Positions 38,531 through 45,900 of a DNA stretch of 54,586 nt are shown here, piece after piece. Position 1 is the stretch's first letter. Each line of letters opens with the position of its first letter. This DNA is from Flavobacteriaceae bacterium (lineage in GTDB: Bacteria > Bacteroidota > Bacteroidia > Flavobacteriales_C > GCA-002722245), in assembly GCA_964230605.1 (NCBI GenBank), contig CAXRIN010000012.1, positions 1 through 54,586 of the forward strand. Reading direction: 5' to 3'. A program made the position numbers and the translations under genes. The notes beneath the pieces were generated by a model. It worked only from the letters and a program-made list of their open reading frames with translations. It was not told the DNA's origin and did not search any database.

Positions 38531-39568
38531 ATGCGCTACTTAAGCCTTATTCTTTCCGCAATGATTTTATTGTCATGCGGAGAATCAAATCAACCAAAAG
38601 AAGAATTTTCATATTTACCAGATGCCGTTGGTGGTTATAGTACTTTAAATATAATTGCCGATCAAACTCTATGGGATGCTGGATTAAAGGCATACGTTGA
38701 ACCTGTATTCTGTAAGGAAATTGAGGGGCTACTTAATCCTGAGCAAGAATTCGATATTACAACGATTAGATCAAAAGCTTTTAACAGACTTTTTGAAAGA
38801 CAACGTTTCTTGTTACTTTTTGCTACTTCGAAGAAAATTTTAAAAGAAGGTGTAAGTGTAAAAAATGACGTTTATGCCAATGGTCAAATTATCGTTCAGA
38901 TATCAGCCAAAACAGAAGAAAGAGCTATTGAAGTTTTTAAAACAAATCAAAACGATATTTTTCAAGCAATTGATAATTACAGAACCACCATCATTCAAAA
39001 GCTAGCTAAACAAAAAAACAACGCCAAATTAGAAACTCAATTAGCCAATAATCATGGTATTAAATTAACAATACCACAGAGTTACAAGGCTGGAATTGAT
39101 TCAACAAACTTCTTTTACGCATTTAAGCAAGGAGAAATGAAGTGTGAGAAGTTTGAACACAATAACTGTTACTATCAAACTGGAATTTTCACCTACTTTT
39201 TTAACTATACTTCTCAGGATGTATTCACCCCCGAAAAGTTCATTGCAATGCGTGACTCTGTGACTAAACTTTATATTGAAGGAACTACAACATCCGATTC
39301 TGTTAGGTCATATATGCAAGTGTTTAAAAAACTTCCTGTTTCAACAGAGAATGTAAACATCAATGGAAAATTCGGCTATGAAGTAAAAGGCTGGTGGGAC
39401 ATGAAAAACGGCGCAATGGGAGGCCCTTTCATAAGTGTTGCTTTTGTTGATGAATTAAGAGATCGAGTTATTGTGACTGATGCTTTTGTATTTGGTCCAA
39501 ACTTTAACAAAAGACGATTCATTAAAGAATTGGAAGCAATTTGCCTTTCGGCGAGTGCTATTGAATAA
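38531..39568 (+). CDS. Lipoprotein, probably DUF4837 family
   Basis: 345-aa ORF with a lipobox (LLSCG). Sits directly after the MltD-like gene. The DUF4837 assignment is from memory of the family's size and context only. Confidence 0.45.
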   Translation: MRYLSLILSAMILLSCGESNQPKEEFSYLPDAVGGYSTLNIIADQTLWDAGLKAYVEPVFCKEIEGLLNPEQEFDITTIRSKAFNRLFERQRFLLLFATSKKILKEGVSVKNDVYANGQIIVQISAKTEERAIEVFKTNQNDIFQAIDNYRTTIIQKLAKQKNNAKLETQLANNHGIKLTIPQSYKAGIDSTNFFYAFKQGEMKCEKFEHNNCYYQTGIFTYFFNYTSQDVFTPEKFIAMRDSVTKLYIEGTTTSDSVRSYMQVFKKLPVSTENVNINGKFGYEVKGWWDMKNGAMGGPFISVAFVDELRDRVIVTDAFVFGPNFNKRRFIKELEAICLSASAIE

Positions 39569-39614
39569 ATCCCCTCACCCTTCGGGAGCTCCCCTTGTCA
39601 AAGGGAGCGGTTGA
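39568..39614. repeat. Left 47-bp GC-rich structured repeat flanking the DUF559 gene
   Basis: aaatcccctcacccttcgggagctccccttgtcaaagggagcggttg. Its reverse-complement partner is at 40091-40140 and a diverged solo copy is at 50937-50985. Confidence 0.9.
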
Positions 39615-39618
39615 AACA

Positions 39619-39978
39619 TTATCCTTTGTTTTTGGTTATTTCAAGTTTTATGGCTTCCAAAACTAAATCTAAATGATTTTTAATTGTTTGATTCTCAAAC
39701 CTTAGAACTTTAAATCCCAATTTAGTTAATATCTCATCCCTAACCGTATCATTCACCCTTCCGATAGGAGTAAAATGGTTTTGACCATCTATTTCAATAA
39801 TGATTTTGTTTTTCAAGGCTGCAAAATCGACTATAAAATCACCAATACTTACTTGTCGCCTAAACCTGATGTTTAACTTATTATTCCTTATTTCTCGCCA
39901 GAGCAAATTTTCATAGTAAGTTGAATTATTTCTTAGATATTTTCTAGTTTCTTTTAGTGAATGCTTGTATGTTTTCAT
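39619..39978 (-). CDS. DUF559 (Vsr-like PD-(D/E)xK) endonuclease domain protein
   Basis: 119-aa ORF. E..LW..IR.....FRRQ..IG.FIVDF......IIEIDG..H pattern and a C-terminal KVLRFEN. Confidence 0.85.
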   Translation of the reverse strand: MKTYKHSLKETRKYLRNNSTYYENLLWREIRNNKLNIRFRRQVSIGDFIVDFAALKNKIIIEIDGQNHFTPIGRVNDTVRDEILTKLGFKVLRFENQTIKNHLDLVLEAIKLEITKNKG

Positions 39979-40090
39979 GTCTCAAACATAAAGACTCAAG
40001 AAATTTTAAGGAGAAAAAAAGTGAAATTTAAAAAGATTAAATCCAAAACGTTTTATAAATGGTTAATACTGAAAATATTTCACCAAATAT

Positions 40091-40140
40091 TCCAACCGCT
40101 CCCTTTGACAAGGGGAGCTCCCAAAGGGTGAGGGGATTTT
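40091..40140. repeat. Right 50-bp repeat flanking the DUF559 gene (inverted copy of 39568-39614)
   Basis: tccaaccgctccctttgacaaggggagctcccaaagggtgaggggatttt. Its reverse complement matches the left copy at about 46 of 48 positions. Confidence 0.9.
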
Positions 40141-41000
40141 CAAGCCAATTCCTCCTCCCAAAACGATTTGGTACTCAAAGGCTCCCTTCCAAGTACTTCT
40201 TTCAATTTGCTATTTTCATGAATATTATCCTCGCCTAGTAAGAGATATTGATCCTTATTCATAATTTGAGGAAACAAAGCAATCACTAATCTGAACGGTT
40301 TATCAATTAACCACTTCGGGATTCTGATAATTTTAATCTTCCCTTTACCGGCAATATTAATCCAATCTTCTAAAGAATAAATTTCTGGACCTGTGGCATA
40401 AATTTCTTGTCTGTTTAAATCTTGTTTAATGCATTCAATGGCAGCATGAGCAACATCTTCCCCCATTACAGGTTGGAACTTAGCAGATAAAAAATGAGCA
40501 GGACAAGGCAGGAACCCCAATTGCCACTTTGCCATATTTTGAAGCATTTTTATTTTGCTGATAATCATTGTTCTAGGGGTACAAACAAAACTTGGATGGA
40601 TAATATTCACGTTATCCTCTTTCATCAAAATTTCATCTGCAACTCCTTTTGTTGAAGCATACCTAGAAGGAGAATTCTTGTCGGCTCCTAATACCGAAAC
40701 ATGAACAATTTTCGGATTGCCTAACTGAGGTCTTTCAGTGATGATTTTCTTTACAACATCAATATGAATTTTTTCAAAAGTATTCTCCCCTTTTTCTTCG
40801 ATTATACCAACAGAATTGATAATAACATCCAACTTCCCCAAACTACTCCAGTCCTCCTGAAAAACATTAAATTGAAAACCATTCGCGCCTTTTCCGCTTC
40901 GGGAACAACTTAGAATTTCCGCATTGGGAAATGCCTTAGAAACCTCTTGGTTAATTACAGTTCCAATTTGTCCGGTACCTCCTAATATTGCTAATCTCAT
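40140..41000 (-). CDS. NAD(P)H-binding atypical SDR / NmrA-like protein
   Basis: 286-aa ORF. MRLAILGGTGQIG Rossmann motif. Last gene of the GbsR-headed operon. Confidence 0.65.
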   Translation of the reverse strand: MRLAILGGTGQIGTVINQEVSKAFPNAEILSCSRSGKGANGFQFNVFQEDWSSLGKLDVIINSVGIIEEKGENTFEKIHIDVVKKIITERPQLGNPKIVHVSVLGADKNSPSRYASTKGVADEILMKEDNVNIIHPSFVCTPRTMIISKIKMLQNMAKWQLGFLPCPAHFLSAKFQPVMGEDVAHAAIECIKQDLNRQEIYATGPEIYSLEDWINIAGKGKIKIIRIPKWLIDKPFRLVIALFPQIMNKDQYLLLGEDNIHENSKLKEVLGREPLSTKSFWEEELA

Positions 41001-41040
41001 TGTTGTCTAATTTTGTCATTCTGAGCCTGTCGAAAGATTT

Positions 41041-41691
41041 TTAACCCATCACCTTTCTTGGCTCATTCCATGTGTAATGGATAACATCTTTTACTTTAAA
41101 AGCACCTAAAAGTTTAGCCGACTTAAAAAAATTCGTCGCAAAGTGATAACACTTTACCGGCTCAATAGGCCAATGCTTTCTGGCTATTTTCGTAACGAAT
41201 ATGCCATTATCTTCTGTTGCATATGCCCTATCAATTCTATGTATTTTTTGATAAAGTGCATTATCTTCATTTACTTCCGAAAAAGGATCTAAAGCATAAT
41301 CTACATATTTACCCATCTGCTTCAATGAAAAAGCATCGTAAATCTCTTTGATTTTCCCATTGGTTAATTTGTAATTTGAGATTAAATTCCCCACCCAATT
41401 CATCAATGGTCGATTTGAAAAACTCTTTAAAAAGTAAATTCCTTTAGGCTCAATTTTGTTAAATTTCGAATCATCCAAAAGCAGTCTAAAAGCAACATGC
41501 CGATAGCCAAATTTGAAAAATGGCAACCAAGTGGGTCGCATGTTTTTTAACTGCACATCCACCATCGAAATAATTGCTTTACCATTCTCCTGAAAAACTT
41601 TCAATGATTGAGGCACCATTGGTAAAACCTCCTGCAAATCAACCGAAAAGTTGATTAGTTTAACATTGTGTAATTCTCCTGTAAATTTCAT
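41041..41691 (-). CDS. DUF2071-like protein
   Basis: 216-aa soluble ORF. The pattern (ISMVDVQLKNMRP...GYRHVAFRLLL...KGIYFLKSFSN) resembles DUF2071. Called from memory, not verified. Confidence 0.5.
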   Translation of the reverse strand: MKFTGELHNVKLINFSVDLQEVLPMVPQSLKVFQENGKAIISMVDVQLKNMRPTWLPFFKFGYRHVAFRLLLDDSKFNKIEPKGIYFLKSFSNRPLMNWVGNLISNYKLTNGKIKEIYDAFSLKQMGKYVDYALDPFSEVNEDNALYQKIHRIDRAYATEDNGIFVTKIARKHWPIEPVKCYHFATNFFKSAKLLGAFKVKDVIHYTWNEPRKVMG

Positions 41692-41713
41692 GATTAATTA
41701 GTTTTATTTAGAG

Positions 41714-42223
41714 CTAATTCAATTCTGCATCTAAAATTTCAGAATCGTTGTATTGATAATCTGTTTCCTGATTGAAAATGTTATTCAAATAAAGTGCTTC
41801 TAACCACCATAAAATGGTTGTGAAGATTAGAAATAATGAACCTGTTACCCACCAGTTTTCAATTGATAAAGGACCAAACCGTGAGAATAACCAAAATAAG
41901 CTTGTTGGTATTGCGACAATTCCAGACCATTTGAAATAACTAAACCTACCCGTTGAAGCTAGAAAAATAAATTCTAAAGCCAATGCATTTGCCAGTATGC
42001 CAAAAGGAATTCCTACTTGATAAACCATACATGAAAATCCAAATAAGAATGGATTGAGCAACCAAATGAAGGCTCTTGGTCCAACCTTTTTGTTAAGCAT
42101 TATTGCTTGTCCGATAACCACTAATAAAGTAGCTGAAATTGGAATGTAAAAAAGTGTAAGCAGACTAACGAAAATGGCTATTGTGTTGTATAAAATCCAA
42201 TTTCTTTTAAATGTATTTTTCAT
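41714..42223 (-). CDS. Hypothetical polytopic membrane protein
   Basis: 169-aa ORF with 5 predicted hydrophobic helices. Sits within the operon. Confidence 0.5.
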   Translation of the reverse strand: MKNTFKRNWILYNTIAIFVSLLTLFYIPISATLLVVIGQAIMLNKKVGPRAFIWLLNPFLFGFSCMVYQVGIPFGILANALALEFIFLASTGRFSYFKWSGIVAIPTSLFWLFSRFGPLSIENWWVTGSLFLIFTTILWWLEALYLNNIFNQETDYQYNDSEILDAELN

Positions 42224-42322
42224 AATTATTAGGTATTAGTTTCCCGCAGGGTCTGGCTTTATGCCTGCCCTAACAGTTTAAATTTATATGTTGTAAGATT
42301 TTGGGAGGGTATGTGCCCTTCC

Positions 42323-43135
42323 CTACAAATAATATATTGTCAATAAAACACCAGCTGAAAAATGGAGAATTAACCACCAAATAAATGTTTGTTTTTGCGA
42401 AACTCCCAGCATTTTCACTCTTTTAAAATGCATCCAAATCATGAGTAAATCACTCAAAATCATCGATCCTATCACCCAGGCTAAATTGGGAAATAACGTA
42501 TAACCAACAAGGGCAAAACTTTGCAATAAAATAGCAGTTCCTGCAATTACAGCTAAATGTCCCCAATAATCCCACTTGTTAGCTTTTTGATACAATAATC
42601 CAGTAATTAACCATCCTGCTCCTGTGACAGAGATTAATTTCCAACCATTTAAAAATCCAAACAATTCAGAAGTACTCAAAACCTCTCCTTTCTTGTAAGT
42701 GATAAAGCCAGCAAAAAGTGCCAAAAGCATCAGCAAAGCAACTCTATATCCCTTTTTTAGTTTAGGTTCACAGGTAGATTCATTAACTTCCAAAGGAGCC
42801 AAAATCCTCCGATTGCTTGCAAAGAAAATGTAAACTGGATTTAGTAACGCTTTAACCAAAGCTAACTTCATCAAGCGGGCTAAAAAATCACTTTTTAAAC
42901 TAATAATATCAACCCATCCATCATATCCGTAAGTTACTTCAAGCGTATCCAAATCAATTACGGCCATTTCATCGCAAGCCCTATTTGGATCAACATTACA
43001 AGCAATGGCGTTATCTTGAAAACTATCCAGTTCAATCCCCAGCTCATCAGACATTAAACCGAGAGATTTAAAATTTCTAGCACCCAAACCGCAAACTGCA
43101 CATTTATTATCGAAAACTATACTATACCTCTTCAT
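42323..43135 (-). CDS. DCC-family (DUF393) thiol-disulfide oxidoreductase-like domain fused to a membrane domain
   Basis: N-terminal IVFDNKCAVCGLGARNF (D.xC..C signature). The C-terminal ~150 aa form 4-5 TM helices. Overlaps the upstream gene by 4 nt. Confidence 0.45.
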   Translation of the reverse strand: MKRYSIVFDNKCAVCGLGARNFKSLGLMSDELGIELDSFQDNAIACNVDPNRACDEMAVIDLDTLEVTYGYDGWVDIISLKSDFLARLMKLALVKALLNPVYIFFASNRRILAPLEVNESTCEPKLKKGYRVALLMLLALFAGFITYKKGEVLSTSELFGFLNGWKLISVTGAGWLITGLLYQKANKWDYWGHLAVIAGTAILLQSFALVGYTLFPNLAWVIGSMILSDLLMIWMHFKRVKMLGVSQKQTFIWWLILHFSAGVLLTIYYL

Positions 43136-43527
43136 ACCATTCCAATTTTAAAATAAACCACTGTCATGTACACCCAAAAAAACGAGAATAAAATATGCAT
43201 TGTCGTTTCAAAAAACTTTCCTTTCCAAATTTGGGAGGAGTATCCAAACCACTGTATGAATGATCGAATTCCCCAAAAAACGCCAAGCCCTAAACAAATC
43301 CATTTACCTAATTGAGTAGAGATTAAATCCTCCGTTAAAAACACATTCATCAATCCAACCATTAAAACGAATAATGCTATAAAAAACACGTGAACCTGGA
43401 ACATTTGTTTATTAATTAAACTCAATTGACTTAGTTCTTTCTTCCAATTAAATCGTTTAGGAAAAACAACATGCATTAAGCTCAATATTATTAATAAAGC
43501 TCCTATTATTTTTAAATGATACCCCAT
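43132..43527 (-). CDS. Hypothetical four-TM membrane protein
   Basis: 131-aa hydrophobic ORF. Second gene of the operon. Confidence 0.45.
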   Translation of the reverse strand: MGYHLKIIGALLIILSLMHVVFPKRFNWKKELSQLSLINKQMFQVHVFFIALFVLMVGLMNVFLTEDLISTQLGKWICLGLGVFWGIRSFIQWFGYSSQIWKGKFFETTMHILFSFFWVYMTVVYFKIGMV

Positions 43528-43587
43528 AACTCATTTTTATTCGTTCAGAATTTTCAATTTTTCCTGAAAGTTTGTAGTCAAATTTTT

Positions 43588-44094
43588 TTACTTTTTAATC
43601 AAGAACTTCATTAATGATCCCGTGAACCAATGCTCGTCTGCCTTAACCATTTTATCCAACATCTTATTTGTACTTTCTCCAAACCTGGAAATATCTCCCA
43701 TCAATTTTTTAAACTGCTCGCCTCCTTCTTCTTTAATTTCTTGTTTCTCTAAATCAGATAATAACTCTAAAACAGGAACCAACTCTCTTTTTCTTCTCTC
43801 TTTAAGAATTTGAATAGCTGTTTTGTAAATATCCTTTTCTGCAGTAAAAAACTCTTTTCTCTCCCCAAACTTAAGGACTTTGTGAACAATCCCCCATGAC
43901 ATTAATTCTCTAACATTCATGTTAACATTTCCTCTTGAAATATTTAACTGCTGCATAATATCATCGGCAGATAATGGATCTTCACTCACCAAAAGAAGCG
44001 CGTGAATTTGAGCCATGGTTCTGTTAATACCCCATTGAGTACCAAAAGCTCCCCATGCCGAAATAAACTTTTCTTGTGCTTCTTTTAATTCCAT
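43588..44094 (-). CDS. GbsR/MarR-family winged-helix transcriptional regulator
   Basis: 168-aa ORF. The FISAWGAFGTQWGINRTMAQIHALLLVSEDPLSADDIMQQLNISRGNVNMNVRELMSWGIVHKV pattern is typical of GbsR-type regulators. Confidence 0.65.
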   Translation of the reverse strand: MELKEAQEKFISAWGAFGTQWGINRTMAQIHALLLVSEDPLSADDIMQQLNISRGNVNMNVRELMSWGIVHKVLKFGERKEFFTAEKDIYKTAIQILKERRKRELVPVLELLSDLEKQEIKEEGGEQFKKLMGDISRFGESTNKMLDKMVKADEHWFTGSLMKFLIKK

Positions 44095-44117
44095 AAAACA
44101 ATATTAAACATAACTTT

Positions 44118-44147
44118 CTAAACTTTCAAAAATTTTTGAAAGTTTAG
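44118..44147. promoter_or_regulatory. 30-bp perfect palindrome upstream of the GbsR-type regulator (candidate operator)
   Basis: ctaaactttcaaaaa|tttttgaaagtttag, with both arms exactly complementary. It ends 24 nt upstream of the regulator ATG (44094). Confidence 0.5.
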
Positions 44148-44205
44148 TTTTTAAAACACTAAAAGGCTGCCCATTGGACAACCTTCAAAATATATTTTAC
44201 ATTAA

Positions 44206-44586
44206 TTAGTCTTGCTGTTGCGCGTTTTTAGCCTCAATTGAAAGCGTAGTGTGAGGAACTATTTTCAAGCGTTCTTTAGAAATTAATTTTCCAGTAACTC
44301 TACAAACACCGTAAGTTTTGTTTTCAATTCTTACTAAAGCTGCTTTTAACTGCTGAATAAATTTTCTTTGACGGTGTGCTAATTGAGCAATCTTTTCACG
44401 AGATAATGACTCTGAACCATCTTCTAAACTTGTAAACTTAGATCCGTCATCACCTGTATTATCTGCTGAATGATCAATCTGACCTTGGTAATGTTTTAAA
44501 TCTTTTTCTGCGTTAGCAATCTTTTCTGTAATTAATGCTTTGAATTCTGCTAACTCAGCATCTGAATATCTTACTTTTTCACTCAT
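44206..44586 (-). CDS. DksA/TraR-family protein with degenerate zinc finger
   Basis: 126-aa ORF. Coiled-coil N-terminal part and IENKTYGVCRVTGKLISKERLKIVPHTTLSIEAK C-terminus. Only one Cys remains of the canonical C4 finger. Confidence 0.8.
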   Translation of the reverse strand: MSEKVRYSDAELAEFKALITEKIANAEKDLKHYQGQIDHSADNTGDDGSKFTSLEDGSESLSREKIAQLAHRQRKFIQQLKAALVRIENKTYGVCRVTGKLISKERLKIVPHTTLSIEAKNAQQQD

Positions 44587-44740
44587 AGTTCTAAAAATTA
44601 AGGTTTTAACAACCGCAATCTTCTCTACCTTTCCCAGTCAGACCGCAGTGATTGTGCAATTATAACTCAAGTTTCTCAATTAAGGTTTCATTATTAAATA
44701 GAATTTTTCAACTAAAACATGCAATAATTGCACACGTTAA

Positions 44741-44779
44741 AAAAACAAAAGGCTGGTTTTTGAAGAAACCAGCCTTTTC
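44741..44779 (-). terminator. Rho-independent terminator downstream of the T9SS propeller gene
   Basis: aaaaggctggttt-ttgaag-aaaccagcctttt hairpin. On the minus transcript it is followed by ttgttttt. Confidence 0.8.
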
Positions 44780-44796
44780 TTATAATTCAAGTTGTT

Positions 44797-45900
44797 TTAT
44801 TTCAATACCGTTACTCTAGTTGAAACTGCTCCTTTAGAGCTTTGAACAACTACAAAGTATGTTCCATCAGATAATAAATCAGACGAAATTTGGAATGTAG
44901 TATTGGCGTTTACATTTTGATTATAAACGTTGTTTACAATCACTTTTCCTGTAATATCAACCACCATAACTCCAGTTAAGTCTTCCATATCTTCGGTGAA
45001 CTTCAAGTTAAACTGTCCGTTGTTTGGATTTGGATAAATAATAATTCCATCACCAACCACTTGCTCAATCTCTTCAGAAGCTGTTACTATTGAAGCTTCA
45101 AGATCAAGCTTCCACATACCAGTTGAAGATCCAGCGATAAGCGATCCGAAAACTAAATCTGGAATCAACTCTCCTGGTAAACCTCTAAATGCTAGAGTTG
45201 CAACATCGTTAGCTAAATCATAAATGTAAAGCTCTCTTCTAATTGCTGTATAAACTGTATCAGGGTTTTCCAAGTTGATCATTACTGAACTAAATGCTCC
45301 TTCTCCAGTCACGTTAACATTTGTCATTGTGGCACCTCCATCAGTTGAGACTGCGAAAGCATTATCCAAGTTAGATCCTGCACAAATGTAAAGTGTATCT
45401 GTTCCTCTGGGATCTACTGCTAAATCGTGGATTGGTAAATCTGTTGAACCAGAATTATTGATAGCAGTCGGACCAGTACCTAACTTTGTCCAAGTTGCTC
45501 CTTTATCAGTTGATTTCCAAAGCGTACCTTTTGCTTCCTCGCTCATAGCTAATTCCGAACCACATCCAGCGTAAATTACAGTATCAGTTGCATTTGATCC
45601 CATTGCTAAAGTGTTTCCAAAATAGAAACCAGTTGGTGTAACAATTGTCCAAGAGTCACCTCCATCTGTTGAACGGTAAATGTTTCCGGCAGAACCTTGT
45701 AATCCACCATTACCTCCACCAGTTGTAGCAATTACAATGTTAGAATTAACAAATAAGATATCTGTTACTGACGGATCTTGAGCAGTTGAATTCCAATCTG
45801 TTGGTTGAACATTTCCAAATCCAGTAACACCAGTATGTGTAACAGTAAATCCATTTGAATAACCGTCAATAACGTGATCTGTATTACTTTGGATCGATTG
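44797..45900 (-). CDS. C-terminal fragment of a frameshift-split T9SS-sorted BNR/Asp-box beta-propeller protein
   Basis: The frame is open from 45900 (the track lists only 44797-45603, from the first ATG). The region upstream of that ATG encodes further propeller sequence, including YRSTDGGDSWTIV. The fragment ends with a type A T9SS tail (IIIYPNPNNGQFNLKF...GTYFVVVQSSKGAVSTRVTVLK). Confidence 0.75.
   Translation of the reverse strand, partial: QSIQSNTDHVIDGYSNGFTVTHTGVTGFGNVQPTDWNSTAQDPSVTDILFVNSNIVIATTGGGNGGLQGSAGNIYRSTDGGDSWTIVTPTGFYFGNTLAMGSNATDTVIYAGCGSELAMSEEAKGTLWKSTDKGATWTKLGTGPTAINNSGSTDLPIHDLAVDPRGTDTLYICAGSNLDNAFAVSTDGGATMTNVNVTGEGAFSSVMINLENPDTVYTAIRRELYIYDLANDVATLAFRGLPGELIPDLVFGSLIAGSSTGMWKLDLEASIVTASEEIEQVVGDGIIIYPNPNNGQFNLKFTEDMEDLTGVMVVDITGKVIVNNVYNQNVNANTTFQISSDLLSDGTYFVVVQSSKGAVSTRVTVLK

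Noticed and set aside
45884-45900. Programmed +1 ribosomal frameshift as the explanation for the split T9SS gene.
   Set aside because: The overlap (CCA AAG TAA T) offers no tRNA re-pairing in the +1 frame, and there is no Shine-Dalgarno-like stimulator. A one-base insertion in the A run, or a sequencing error, is the simpler explanation.
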